DNA of 64,000 bases, from assembly GCA_039984715.1 (NCBI GenBank), contig JBDWUA010000001.1, positions 43,314 to 107,313 on the forward strand, given 5' to 3'. This stretch comes from Paracoccaceae bacterium (GTDB taxonomy: Bacteria > Pseudomonadota > Alphaproteobacteria > Rhodobacterales > Rhodobacteraceae). A program made the position numbers and the translations under genes. Below are positions 1 through 9,509 of the stretch, piece after piece. Position 1 is the stretch's first letter. Each line of letters begins with the position of its first letter. The notes beneath the pieces were generated by a model. It saw nothing but the letters and a program-made list of their open reading frames with translations, did no database searches and was not told the DNA's origin.

Positions 1-1
1 T

Positions 2-178
2 GCCACATTTATCAGTCACGAGGCCGCTGATTTGGACAGTGACCGTGTTCGTGATTTGAAGGCCGAAGGCGCAAATGTGTTGTGCTGGACGATCAAGTCA
101 GCGGAAGAAGAGGCAAAGGCGCGGACAGTTGCCCAAAATGTGACTTTTGAGGGCTATCTTCCGTCTGTTTCCGCTTGA
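2..178 (+). CDS. 3' end of a probable glycerophosphodiester phosphodiesterase-family gene (partial, runs off left edge)
   Basis: The frame is open from the window edge to TGA at 176-178. The translation ...DRVRDLKAEGANVLCWTIKSAEEEAKARTVAQNVTFEGYLPSVSA resembles the last beta-alpha unit of GDPD/UgpQ-like TIM barrels. Only 58 codons are visible, so the family call is tentative. Confidence 0.4.
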   Translation, partial: ATFISHEAADLDSDRVRDLKAEGANVLCWTIKSAEEEAKARTVAQNVTFEGYLPSVSA

Positions 179-209
179 TCAACACAGTTCTGGACACAGA
201 TAATCGGAT

Positions 210-1418
210 GTGAGCGAGCAAAACCCAAATATGTCCCAACAAGAGGTGGAAATTCGTATCCTACCGGACCTGGATGCGATTTCGCAGGCGGATTGGGACG
301 CGTGTGCTTGCCCGGAAGCCATTTCAGGTGGTCCGCCAATTGATCCGTTCACAACCTACCGCTTTTTAAAGGCCTTGGAAGACAGTGGATCGGTTGGACC
401 GGGCACTGGCTGGCAGCCGCAATACCTTCAGGCCACTGTTGGCGGCGCAACGATTGCCGTGGCGCCGATGTACGCCAAAAGCCACAGCCAAGGCGAATAC
501 ATCTTTGATCACAACTGGGCCCATGCTTTCGAACATGCCGGTGGGCGGTATTATCCAAAGCTGCAATTGGCAGTGCCATTTACACCGGCCACTGGGCGGC
601 GGTTTTTGGTGCATCCGGATTTTGTTGAACTGGGGACCCAAGCGCTTATTCAAGGTGCGGTTCAATTGGCCGAAAACAACCGGATCAGTTCGTTGCACAT
701 CACGTTCTGCACGGAAGAAGAACGTGATCTGGGTGAACGCATCGGTCTTTTGGGGCGAACAACACAGCAATTTCATTGGGAAAACGCAGGGTATGAGTCG
801 TTTGACGGGTTTCTGGAAACACTGTCCAGCCGCAAGCGAAAGAACATCCGCAAAGAACGCAAACAAGCGCAGGATTTTGGCGGAGTCATCCGGACTTATT
901 CAGGCAAAGATTTGCAACCCGAACACTGGGATGCCTTCTGGCAGTTTTATCAGGATACGGGTGCGCGCAAATGGGGATCACCTTACCTGACGCGCGAATT
1001 CTTCGACATTGCCCAAGACAGATTATGTGACGATATCGTTTTGGTTTTTGCGGAACGTGAGGGGCGGCCCGTTGCGGGGGCCTTGAACTTTGTTGGACGG
1101 GAAACGTTGTTCGGGCGGTATTGGGGATGCACTGAACATCACCCATGTTTGCATTTTGAACTGTGCTATTATCAAGCCATCGACATAGCGATCGAACGAG
1201 GTTTGAACCGTGTCGAGGCGGGTGCGCAGGGCGAACACAAGCTTGCGCGTGGGTATTTGCCAACGCAAACGCATTCACTGCATTGGGTGAATGACAAAGG
1301 CTTTTCCGATGCGATTGCCAAATATCTACAGGCAGAACGCCGCGCGATTGAAGAAGAAATCGAAATCCTGACCGACTACGGTCCGTTCAAGAAAATCCAG
1401 ATAGAGGAGCAGCAATGA
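210..1418 (+). CDS. FemAB-like GNAT-fold protein (DUF482 / COG3146 family)
   Basis: 402-aa ORF. The N-terminal region DWDACA...[28 protein letters not shown] and the overall length match the conserved DUF482 family. The GTG at 210 or the in-frame ATG at 231 could be the start. Confidence 0.8.
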   Translation: MSEQNPNMSQQEVEIRILPDLDAISQADWDACACPEAISGGPPIDPFTTYRFLKALEDSGSVGPGTGWQPQYLQATVGGATIAVAPMYAKSHSQGEYIFDHNWAHAFEHAGGRYYPKLQLAVPFTPATGRRFLVHPDFVELGTQALIQGAVQLAENNRISSLHITFCTEEERDLGERIGLLGRTTQQFHWENAGYESFDGFLETLSSRKRKNIRKERKQAQDFGGVIRTYSGKDLQPEHWDAFWQFYQDTGARKWGSPYLTREFFDIAQDRLCDDIVLVFAEREGRPVAGALNFVGRETLFGRYWGCTEHHPCLHFELCYYQAIDIAIERGLNRVEAGAQGEHKLARGYLPTQTHSLHWVNDKGFSDAIAKYLQAERRAIEEEIEILTDYGPFKKIQIEEQQ

Positions 1419-1723
1419 CCGATAAATTGTCCATTGAGTTGCGCGAGGCTGCCTTGGGCCCCCTTTTTGATGCGGGATGGACCATGGCCGATGATCGCGA
1501 CGCGCTGCAAAAAACATTCGTTTTTGATAATTTTGTGGCTGCGTTTGGATGGATGACGCAATCGGCCATTTGGGCGGAAAAATGGAACCACCATCCTGAA
1601 TGGAGCAATGTCTATAAGACGGTGAATGTCACACTGACCACCCACGACGCGGGTGGTCTGACTGATTTGGATGTGAAGCTTGCCAAAAAGATGGACAAGC
1701 TTGCCGAGGGATCAGCCCATTGA
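1415..1723 (+). CDS. phhB: 4a-hydroxytetrahydrobiopterin (pterin-4-alpha-carbinolamine) dehydratase
   Basis: 102 aa with the PCD signature [25 protein letters not shown]. The start overlaps the upstream stop as ATGA. Confidence 0.9.
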   Translation: MTDKLSIELREAALGPLFDAGWTMADDRDALQKTFVFDNFVAAFGWMTQSAIWAEKWNHHPEWSNVYKTVNVTLTTHDAGGLTDLDVKLAKKMDKLAEGSAH

Positions 1724-2203
1724 ATCCAGCAAACCTTCGCCCGCGGATGTTTCGCACGCGCTAGGAACCTCTTCTTGGTTCAGATGCGTCACTTTTCCAT
1801 CCGAAACAAGCATCGCATACCGCTTTGAACGGGCCATAAGCCCGGCTGGTGGTGCGTCAAAGTTCATACCAATTGCCGTTGTAAACGCGCTTTCTGGATC
1901 AGACAGCATTGTGATGCCCGCATCTGACGCGCCTGTGGCTTCGCCCCACGCTTTCATGACAAACGGGTCGTTGACCGACACGCAAATGATTTCGTCCACA
2001 CCTTTGGCAGCAAATTGATCCTTTGTTCGGATAAAGCTGGGCACATGGGCCGAATGGCACGTGGGCGTAAAAGCACCCGGAACAGCAAACACAACCACCG
2101 TGCGTCCTGCAGTCTTGCTGGACAGCGACACTGCTTCTGGGCCTTCGGCTCCAAGTTGGATCAGTGTTGCTTCGGGAAGAGAGTCACCAGTTGAGACAGC
2201 CAT
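1712..2203 (-). CDS. Prx5-type peroxiredoxin (AhpC/TSA family)
   Basis: Motif [15 protein letters not shown] contains the peroxidatic Cys. I use the internal ATG at 2203 ([14 protein letters not shown]...). The longer ORF to 2371 would run into the divergent reductase gene. The 3' end overlaps phhB convergently by 12 nt. Confidence 0.85.
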   Translation of the reverse strand: MAVSTGDSLPEATLIQLGAEGPEAVSLSSKTAGRTVVVFAVPGAFTPTCHSAHVPSFIRTKDQFAAKGVDEIICVSVNDPFVMKAWGEATGASDAGITMLSDPESAFTTAIGMNFDAPPAGLMARSKRYAMLVSDGKVTHLNQEEVPSACETSAGEGLLDSMG

Positions 2204-2282
2204 CGAAGTTCCTTTCTTTGAATTGCGTCCTGTCAGGAGTGCGATATAGGCTGGTAAGGTGCAAGGGCGAGAGGCGATGTTG

Positions 2283-3488
2283 ATGTCAAATATCATTGTA
2301 ATAGGAGCAGGACAGGCCGGTGCGTCCTGTGTCGCCAAACTCAGAGGGCTTGGTTTTGATGGTTCCGTCACCTTGGTTGGTGCTGAAACGCAACCGCCCT
2401 ATCAACGTCCACCATTGTCCAAGGCGTATTTGTTAGGGGATATGGCGCTAGAACGCCTGTTTCTGCGTCCTCAAAGCTATTACGCGGATCAGAATATTGA
2501 TCTTCGTTTAGGTCAGCGGGTTTCGAATATTGATACGGGCAATCAAACCATTTCGATAGATGGTGAGACCATGCAATATGACGAATTGGTGATGACCACC
2601 GGTTCCAAACCGCATCGTTTGCCTGCATCAATTGGTGGTGACCTTGATCGCGTCTTCACGGTGCGCGATTTGCAAGATGTGGATGCGATGGCCCCGTTGT
2701 TTCAGGACGGCGCACGCGTTTTGATCGTTGGGGGTGGTTACATCGGGTTGGAAGCCGCCGCCGTTGCCGCAAAACGCGGGTTGAACGTGACGCTTGTGGA
2801 AATGGCGGATCGCATCCTTCAGCGTGTCGCGGCCGCCGAAACTAGCACGTATTTTCGCGAACTTCACCAATCGCATGGTGTCGATGTTCGTGAGGGTGTT
2901 GGACTTTCTAAATTGACAGGCGAAGGTGTGGTTTCCGGTGCCGTTCTAAGCGATGGGTCGGAATTGGCAGTCGATTTTGTGGTGGTCGGAGTCGGGATCG
3001 CACCTGATGTGCAGTTGGCTGACGATGCAGGCATCACCTTGGACAACGGAATTCAAACCGACGAACAGGGTCGCACATCTGCACCACATGTGTGGGCGGC
3101 TGGCGATTGTGCCTCTTTTCCCTATCGAGGTGCGCGGATACGCTTGGAATCGGTTCCCAACGCGATTGATCAGGCTGAAACCGTTGCCGAAAACATCATG
3201 GGTGCGGGGAAAACCTATATTGCGAAACCGTGGTTCTGGTCAGACCAATACGACGTCAAATTGCAAATTGCAGGTCTGAATACAGGCTATGACCGCGTCG
3301 TCACACGACGCTCTGAAACCAGTGTTTCGTTCTGGTATTATTCCGGAGAAACGCTTTTGGCTGTGGATGCCGCAAACGATCCGCGCGGATATATGGTGGG
3401 AAAACGATTGATCGAAATGGGTAAACCTGCACCTTCGGACATTATCGCGGACGCGTCTGCGGATCTAAAGGCTTTGTTGCGCGGGTGA
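2283..3488 (+). CDS. FAD/NAD(P)-dependent ferredoxin (putidaredoxin/rubredoxin)-reductase-family oxidoreductase
   Basis: N-terminal dinucleotide fold IIVIGAGQAGAS, a second GGGYIGLEAA fold, and a C-terminal reductase dimerisation-type region. The ATG at 2283 has GAGAGG 8 nt upstream. GTG 2259 and ATG 2277 are alternative starts. Confidence 0.8.
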   Translation: MSNIIVIGAGQAGASCVAKLRGLGFDGSVTLVGAETQPPYQRPPLSKAYLLGDMALERLFLRPQSYYADQNIDLRLGQRVSNIDTGNQTISIDGETMQYDELVMTTGSKPHRLPASIGGDLDRVFTVRDLQDVDAMAPLFQDGARVLIVGGGYIGLEAAAVAAKRGLNVTLVEMADRILQRVAAAETSTYFRELHQSHGVDVREGVGLSKLTGEGVVSGAVLSDGSELAVDFVVVGVGIAPDVQLADDAGITLDNGIQTDEQGRTSAPHVWAAGDCASFPYRGARIRLESVPNAIDQAETVAENIMGAGKTYIAKPWFWSDQYDVKLQIAGLNTGYDRVVTRRSETSVSFWYYSGETLLAVDAANDPRGYMVGKRLIEMGKPAPSDIIADASADLKALLRG

Positions 3489-4042
3489 GGGTTATTGCCG
3501 GCGAATGGCGTGGTCGACGTTTAACACCGGTCGGCAAGGGGGACGCAGGTGCACATCTGCGCCCGACGCCAGACCGTGTACGCGAAAGCCTATTTTCCGC
3601 CCTAAGTGCGCGCAGTGCATTATCGGGTGCGCGTGTGTTGGACCTGTTTGCAGGTACAGGCGCATTGGGGTTTGAGGCGGTCAGCCGTGGTGCAGACTGC
3701 GCCGTTTTCATTGAAAACGGGCGGGTTGGGCAAAAGCTGATTGCAAGCAACATCAGCCTGTTGAATGCGCAGGACCGATGTCACTTGGCCAAAAAAGACG
3801 CGACTCGTCTGGGGCCATGTGCAGTCGATCCATTCGATCTGGTGTTTCTTGATCCACCTTACGGTCAGAACCTTGGCGCATTGGCCATATCGTCTGCATT
3901 GGAATCCGGTTGGATCAGTACGGACAGCTTGATCGTTTGGGAAGAAGAAGCGCCAATGGCGCCGCCAGACGGTTTCAGATCAGTGGACCAGCGCCGCTAT
4001 GGCACGACGCACATCACGCTTTTGGAACCCAATCAGCCCTGA
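3485..4042 (+). CDS. rsmD: 16S rRNA (guanine966-N2)-methyltransferase
   Basis: 185 aa with RPTPDRVRESLF near the N-terminus, the SAM motif LDLFAGTGALGFEA, and the catalytic DPPY (VFLDPPYGQ). The GTG start overlaps the upstream stop (GTGA). Confidence 0.85.
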   Translation: MRVIAGEWRGRRLTPVGKGDAGAHLRPTPDRVRESLFSALSARSALSGARVLDLFAGTGALGFEAVSRGADCAVFIENGRVGQKLIASNISLLNAQDRCHLAKKDATRLGPCAVDPFDLVFLDPPYGQNLGALAISSALESGWISTDSLIVWEEEAPMAPPDGFRSVDQRRYGTTHITLLEPNQP

Positions 4043-4899
4043 GTGAATGTCGGATGGAACAGGTTTTTTTCGCTTAGCGTGAAAATCTCAAACCCGTTCG
4101 CTGTGACGCCAACGGAATGTTCGAACTGCGCCGACAGTGATTTGTCCCGCGTCACGGCAGTCCAATCATCAGCCAGCGTTTTTGTTTCGGGCCTGCCAAG
4201 ATTGACCATCGGTTCAATCGTAAAGAACATGCCTTCTTCAAGAATGGCGCCGGTGCCCGGGCGGCCGTAATGCAAAACATTAGGCGGGGCATGAAACACG
4301 CGGCCCAGTCCATGGCCGCAAAAATCACGCACCACACTCATACGGTGACCTTCAACAAAAGCTTGGATTGCGTGTCCGATATCGCCGAACGTGTTGCCGG
4401 GTTTAACAGCCTCGATCCCAATCATCAGCGCGTCATGCGTGATTTGGATCAGACGTTCCGCCTTGCGAGGCAGCTTACCGGCCACATACATGCGCGACGT
4501 GTCACCAAACCATCCATCGACAATGACCGTTACGTCGATGTTCAGGATGTCACCATCCTTAAGTATCTTGTCACCGGGAATGCCGTGACACACCACATGG
4601 TTTACTGAAATGCACGAGGCGTGTTTATACCCTTTGTACCCAATCGTTGCCGATGTTGCCTTTGCATCATTGACCATTTGCGTGATGATCTCGTCGATGC
4701 GACCGGTGGTTTGGCCCGGAAAAACATGTTCCGGCATACAGTCAAGAATATGCGCGGCCAACGCGCCCGCAACTTGCATTCCAGCAAAGTCGGCTTCGTC
4801 ATAGATGCGGATACCGTCCTTTGTCAGACGACCACGTGCTTCTTGTTCCACTGTCTTGTTCCCAATTTGGATCGCAAAGATATTACGCGAGCTTGTCAC
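4033..4899 (-). CDS. map: type I methionine aminopeptidase
   Basis: Typical MetAP pita-bread fold motifs are present (CHGIPGD, DIDVTVIVDGWFGDTSRMY, FCGHGLGRVFH, FTIEPM). Confidence 0.9.
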   Translation of the reverse strand: MTSSRNIFAIQIGNKTVEQEARGRLTKDGIRIYDEADFAGMQVAGALAAHILDCMPEHVFPGQTTGRIDEIITQMVNDAKATSATIGYKGYKHASCISVNHVVCHGIPGDKILKDGDILNIDVTVIVDGWFGDTSRMYVAGKLPRKAERLIQITHDALMIGIEAVKPGNTFGDIGHAIQAFVEGHRMSVVRDFCGHGLGRVFHAPPNVLHYGRPGTGAILEEGMFFTIEPMVNLGRPETKTLADDWTAVTRDKSLSAQFEHSVGVTANGFEIFTLSEKNLFHPTFTQG

Positions 4900-4914
4900 T
4901 GACAGCCAGTGGGG

Positions 4915-5619
4915 TCACTCGACTTTTCGCAAAGGTTGCCCGACTTGGACGCCTTGGGGGCCTATTTCTGTTCCAAGAACCAAGGTTTCAACCCCCACCG
5001 AACGCGCGCTATCATATGCCGCAGCATAAACCGGGTCTATATCCCGAGCCAGATCAAAACGGTCCGCGTCCGTGCGTTGCACCAAATACAGCATGACGGC
5101 GCGATGACCTGCGCGCACCATGCGCTCTAATTCGACCAAATGTTTGGCACCCCGCGCGGTGACGCTGTCGGGAAACTCGGCAAGGCCGGCTTGGCGGGAT
5201 AACGTTACGGATTTGACTTCGACATAGGCATCTGGGCGATCCTCAGTTGATAACAAGAAGTCGATGCGCGAATTTTCACCGTATTTCACTTCGGCGCGCA
5301 CGTTGTCATATTCAGCAAGAGCGGCGACTTGCCTGTTTTGAAGTGCCGAGCGCAATGCACGGTTTGGCACCGACGTATCAACCCCTGTAAAGTGGCCATT
5401 GGCATGTTCAATCAAACGCCAGCCGAATTTCAGCTTTTTCTTTGGGTCATCATTTGGTTCCAGCCAAATGCGCGTTCCCGGTTCGGCCAATCCCATCATT
5501 GAACCCGGATTGGCGCAATGTGCGGTAACTTCCCGACCATCTTCCAAACGGCAATCGGCCAGAAAGCGTTTATAACGTTTGATCAACGTGGCGGGGACAA
5601 GTTCGGTTTGAAAGCGCAT
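4915..5619 (-). CDS. sfsA: sugar fermentation stimulation protein / DNA-binding nuclease-fold protein SfsA
   Basis: Starting at the internal ATG 5619 gives MRFQTELVPATLIKRYKRFLADC..., the canonical SfsA N-terminus. The extension to 5757 overlaps the divergent gene. Confidence 0.9.
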   Translation of the reverse strand: MRFQTELVPATLIKRYKRFLADCRLEDGREVTAHCANPGSMMGLAEPGTRIWLEPNDDPKKKLKFGWRLIEHANGHFTGVDTSVPNRALRSALQNRQVAALAEYDNVRAEVKYGENSRIDFLLSTEDRPDAYVEVKSVTLSRQAGLAEFPDSVTARGAKHLVELERMVRAGHRAVMLYLVQRTDADRFDLARDIDPVYAAAYDSARSVGVETLVLGTEIGPQGVQVGQPLRKVE

Positions 5620-5664
5620 GGTCACGGGCCTATACCGGAGCGGAACGAGGCTCAAGGAGCGGAT

Positions 5665-6384
5665 ATGGTAAATCCAACTGCAGCAATGCTGGTGATTGGC
5701 GACGAAATTCTGTCGGGGCGAACACGGGATGCAAACATGCATTACCTTGCCGGCCAATTGACTGAACGCGGCATTGACCTGCGTGAAGTACGCGTTGTCA
5801 GCGATAATTCCGATGACATAATCGATGCGGTGCGCGCCTTGTCAGAGCGGCATGACCATGTGTTCACCAGCGGCGGCATAGGACCGACACATGATGATAT
5901 TACGGCCGACTGCATGGCGAATGCGTTTGGACAAAGCATAGACGTTCGCGCAGATGCCCGCGCACTTCTTGTTGCGCATTACGAACGCTCTGGTCTTGAA
6001 CTGAACGACGCGCGATTGCGCATGGCGCGGATACCGGACAACGCAGCGCTGATTGATAATCCCGTCAGCACTGCGCCCGGGTTCACCATCGAAAACGTGC
6101 ACGTCATGGCCGGGGTGCCAAGTGTTTTTCAAGCGATGGTGGCAAGCGTTCTTCCGCAATTAACAGGTGGCGCGCCACTGTTGTCTGAAAGTGTGCGTGT
6201 TGATCGTGGTGAAGGAGACATTGCCGAACCTCTAGGGCAATTGGTCGACACGTATCCAGACTTGTCCTTTGGATCTTATCCCTTTCAGCACAACGGCAAA
6301 CATGGATCGAACATCGTAATCCGTGGTGCCGATGCAACGCGTGTGTCTCAGGCGTGCGACGCGTTGAGGGCTGTATTTTCGTGA
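5665..6384 (+). CDS. CinA-like molybdopterin-binding (MoCF_BD) domain protein, N-terminal-domain-only type
   Basis: The ATG at 5665 is preceded by AAGGAG. The sequence AAMLVIGDEILSGRTRDANMHYLAGQL...GGIGPTHDDIT matches the CinA/MoeA-like domain. Confidence 0.8.
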   Translation: MVNPTAAMLVIGDEILSGRTRDANMHYLAGQLTERGIDLREVRVVSDNSDDIIDAVRALSERHDHVFTSGGIGPTHDDITADCMANAFGQSIDVRADARALLVAHYERSGLELNDARLRMARIPDNAALIDNPVSTAPGFTIENVHVMAGVPSVFQAMVASVLPQLTGGAPLLSESVRVDRGEGDIAEPLGQLVDTYPDLSFGSYPFQHNGKHGSNIVIRGADATRVSQACDALRAVFS

Positions 6385-7106
6385 CATCACCCACAGCAGA
6401 GACCCTTTACAACGTCTGCGAAGCCACATGGCCGCCAGCAAAGACTTGGCACGCGAATGGTTTTGTCTTTCGCGATGGCGCGGGTGGCGGCAAAAGGGTG
6501 TCTGCGACCACTGTTGATCACGTGCCAGACGACACAGAAATTGCAGATGCCGAAGCGCGCATGCGTGACTTGAAGCAACCCGCACTGTTCATGATCCGCG
6601 AAGGCGAAGACGCGTTGGACGCAAAACTGGACAACGCAGGGTATGCCGTGATTGACCCAGTTCAATTGTATGTTGCTCCAGTTGAGCTTTTGACTTCGCA
6701 AGCTATTCCTGCTGTGACGGCGTTTTCCATTTGGGAACCTTTGGCAATCATGACAGAGATTTGGGCCGAAGGCGGAATTGGTCCAGCCAGATTGCAAGTC
6801 ATGGAACGGGCCAACCTAAAGACCGCTGTGTTTTGCCGATGGAACAACAAACCTGCGGGGGTCGCCTTTGCCGGGATGCACGACACCGTTTGTATGGTGC
6901 ATGCCGTCGAAGTATTGCCGCACCAACGTCGCAAGGGCGTAGCACAGTGGATTATGCGCCAAGCCGCGTTCTGGGCACAGGCAAATGGGGCCGCTTGGGT
7001 AAGCGTCTTGTGTGTTCGTGACAACTTAGCTGCGAACACCTTGTATAAACGCTTGGGATTTCAGCCAAGTGGAGCCTATCATTACCGTATCAAGGAGACG
7101 ACATGA
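6381..7106 (+). CDS. GNAT-family N-acetyltransferase
   Basis: The C-terminal acetyl-CoA motif is HQRRKGVAQWIMRQAAFWAQANG...YKRLGF. The GTG at 6381 overlaps the upstream stop (GTGA) and has GAGGG upstream. GTG 6354 is an alternative start. Confidence 0.7.
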   Translation: MTSPTAETLYNVCEATWPPAKTWHANGFVFRDGAGGGKRVSATTVDHVPDDTEIADAEARMRDLKQPALFMIREGEDALDAKLDNAGYAVIDPVQLYVAPVELLTSQAIPAVTAFSIWEPLAIMTEIWAEGGIGPARLQVMERANLKTAVFCRWNNKPAGVAFAGMHDTVCMVHAVEVLPHQRRKGVAQWIMRQAAFWAQANGAAWVSVLCVRDNLAANTLYKRLGFQPSGAYHYRIKETT

Positions 7107-7669
7107 GCGACCAACCCACAGCATTGGACCTGCCGATGGTCGATCCTCTGCCTGAGCAGACCCAAAAGTACTTTGATATCTGCGCCGAAAAGCTTGGAAT
7201 GGTCCCAAACGTGCTGCGGGCCTATGCATTTAATATTGAAAAGCTAAATGGGTTCACAGCGCTTTATAATGACTTGATGCTCGGTCAAAGTGGCCTTTCA
7301 AAGCTGGAACGCGAGATGATTGGTGTGGCAGTGTCGGCCATCAACAAGTGTTACTATTGTCTTGTCGCGCACGGAGCTGCAGTGCGCCAATTGTCGGGAA
7401 AGCCAGAGTTGGGTGAACAATTGGTCATGAATTGGCGCATGGCTGATTTGGATGCACGCCAACACGCTATGCTTCTGTTTTCCGAAGCGCTGACCGTGGC
7501 CAGTCACAAGATCGAAGAAACAGATCGGCAAGCATTGCGGGACGTGGGGTTTTCAGACCCAGATATCTGGGACATCGCGTCTGTGGCTGCTTTCTTTAAT
7601 ATGTCCAACCGGGTGGCAAGTGCGGCTGCAATGATGCCCAACCCAGAATATCACAAGCAGGCCAGATGA
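7103..7669 (+). CDS. peroxidase-related enzyme, AhpD/carboxymuconolactone-decarboxylase fold
   Basis: 188 aa with the CMD-family CxxC-His motif (CYYCLVAHG). ATGA overlap with the upstream gene. Confidence 0.8.
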   Translation: MSDQPTALDLPMVDPLPEQTQKYFDICAEKLGMVPNVLRAYAFNIEKLNGFTALYNDLMLGQSGLSKLEREMIGVAVSAINKCYYCLVAHGAAVRQLSGKPELGEQLVMNWRMADLDARQHAMLLFSEALTVASHKIEETDRQALRDVGFSDPDIWDIASVAAFFNMSNRVASAAAMMPNPEYHKQAR

Positions 7670-8637
7670 TTGCGAGACTGGCCTTTGTATTCTGTGTTTT
7701 AGCAAGCAGCGCTTTAGGTCTTGATCTGACGCTGCCGCGAAACGCCACAGAAACAGCCAGTCAGAATACGGATCCTGACAACTATTTTGTCCCTTTGGAT
7801 GTGTACCGAGACGGAGGTTTGCGAGGCACGACCTTGGAAGGGCAAGTTCGCCGCAGTGTCTTTCGCATTGCTTCACCCGGTGTGACACCCCTGCAGATTT
7901 TAGCACCATTACGCGAGCAACTGGAACTGTCGGGGTATGATATCGTTTTGGATTGCGCCGATGTCGAATGTGGTGGGTTTGATTTCCGATTTGCTATCGA
8001 AACCCTGCCAGCTCCGGCAATGTACGTGAATTTACGCGGTTTTCACTTTATCACGGCGATTCAGGGCGATGTAAGTATGCCCGAAAACGCCGTTACTTTG
8101 TTGGTCAGCACCGCCAGTTCCGCAGCCCATTTACAGGTTATTCAGGCGGGTGAGTTGGGCGCTTCTCCGGATCAATTCACAAATGAAACGTCAAAGGACG
8201 TGTCCGTTGCAGATGCACCGCTTGAGGCTTCAAATTCCCGCCAAGCGCCGTCAACAAACGTGCAAGACGCGTTGACAACTTTGGGTGTCGCGCAACTTTC
8301 GGGTCTTCAGTTCCAAACAGGTTCATCTAATTTGGGCGATGGACCGTTCGAAGCGATTGCCGCGCTTGCAGAATTAATGACGTCTGATCCGGACCTGCGA
8401 ATAGCAGTGGTGGGTCATACGGATAATGTCGGATCACTCGCGACAAACACTGGATTGTCCCGCGCGCGTGCTGAATCAGTTCGTAAGCGATTGATTGATG
8501 TATTCAATGTTCAACCGAACCGTATCGAAGCAAACGGCGTGGGATATTTAGCGCCGATTGCAAGCAACGCTACAGAAGAGGGGCGCAATCGGAACCGGAG
8601 AGTGGAGGTTGTGTTGCTTTCAGGCGGCGCAAACTAA
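7666..8637 (+). CDS. exported OmpA-family (peptidoglycan-associating) protein
   Basis: It has a signal peptide (MIARLAFVFCVLASSALG). The C-terminal OmpA-like domain reads FQTGSSNL...VVGHTDNVGS...NTGLSRARAESV...NRRVEVVLL. ATGA overlap with the upstream gene. Confidence 0.8.
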   Translation: MIARLAFVFCVLASSALGLDLTLPRNATETASQNTDPDNYFVPLDVYRDGGLRGTTLEGQVRRSVFRIASPGVTPLQILAPLREQLELSGYDIVLDCADVECGGFDFRFAIETLPAPAMYVNLRGFHFITAIQGDVSMPENAVTLLVSTASSAAHLQVIQAGELGASPDQFTNETSKDVSVADAPLEASNSRQAPSTNVQDALTTLGVAQLSGLQFQTGSSNLGDGPFEAIAALAELMTSDPDLRIAVVGHTDNVGSLATNTGLSRARAESVRKRLIDVFNVQPNRIEANGVGYLAPIASNATEEGRNRNRRVEVVLLSGGAN

Positions 8638-8772
8638 TATTGGCGGAGAATTAGGAACGGAATTGATTGCGTTCTAAAGCATACCGACACAAACGGGCAG
8701 GGCATTGAAATTGCGCCATTCCACAATCCGATTCTGAAAAAGAAAGATGCGCCAAATCTTCTTATTCTTGAC

Positions 8773-9507
8773 GTGTTCGATACGGAAACGCTGCGAAGCA
8801 AGGCGCAAGTTGACCCACTGATTTCGGATTCAAAGAGAACTCAGATCGAAGAAGTCGATTTGGTCGGGGACGCCTGCGATATCGCAGTACTTCTAGAGAA
8901 GATGGGGCCGGTTGGAGAAATTGATTTCATTTTGTCGTCGCCCAAACGACCCAGCCCAGCCACGATTTTTGATGCCAACGCCAATCAAATTCGATTTCTC
9001 TATGGTGATTTTGAAGACATGACGACGACTTTGGATCGTCGCGTAGCACCCGAAGCGGTTTTGTGTTTCGATTTTGAGGGCGAATATAGGAGGTTTCAAA
9101 AAGAGCTAGAGGACCCAGAACCCTACACGGATACGCATTGCAACATTTTGATCCCTGAACTGTTTGAGCTTTACCTCAGGGACTTGAGTTACTTGGGGTT
9201 GATGGATTTCGAGGTTGTAGAAATTTCCCAGACCCACGGGATTGAATTTTTTGCACATCTCAAAAAGCAAACCACACATTCCAAGCCGACCGCTGAGGAA
9301 TACCAAAAAACGCGGGCGAGATTGCTGCGTTCAGTCAGCGAGCAGTTGGGCAGCGCAGCGTTTGGGCAAAAATCTCTTGCCGCAGACGCAAGCCGTGTCG
9401 ACAAGATTCGACGGGTTGCAAGGTCTGTGATCGGCACCCGAGCAGTGGACGCTGTGCGATCATGGAACCGCCAGCGTAGGCTAAATAGAAAAGAGCGAAA
9501 GGCTTAA
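8773..9507 (+). CDS. hypothetical protein; possible degenerate SAM-methyltransferase-like remnant
   Basis: ORF from GTG 8773. The frame stays open upstream to 8638 with no ATG/GTG/TTG. The extended translation ...GIEIAPFHNPILKKKDAPNLLILDVFDTETLRSKA... and the later HCNILIPELFELYLRDLSYLGL...GIEFFAHLKK resemble, from memory, a class I methyltransferase family. The central SAM-fold segment is not recognisable. G+C is lower than in the flanks. Confidence 0.4.
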   Translation: MFDTETLRSKAQVDPLISDSKRTQIEEVDLVGDACDIAVLLEKMGPVGEIDFILSSPKRPSPATIFDANANQIRFLYGDFEDMTTTLDRRVAPEAVLCFDFEGEYRRFQKELEDPEPYTDTHCNILIPELFELYLRDLSYLGLMDFEVVEISQTHGIEFFAHLKKQTTHSKPTAEEYQKTRARLLRSVSEQLGSAAFGQKSLAADASRVDKIRRVARSVIGTRAVDAVRSWNRQRRLNRKERKA

Positions 9508-9509
9508 GT

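Noticed and set aside
1712-2371. Long (219-aa) version of the peroxiredoxin ORF. Similar N-terminal extensions occur in other tracked ORFs:
- sfsA to 5757
- cinA-like from 5518
- LysR to 10538
- purH to 35493
- M16 to 32775
- DUF302 to 46946
- pyk from 55501
   Set aside because: In each case an internal start reproduces the family-typical N-terminus, often with a Shine-Dalgarno sequence, and removes overlap with the neighbouring gene.
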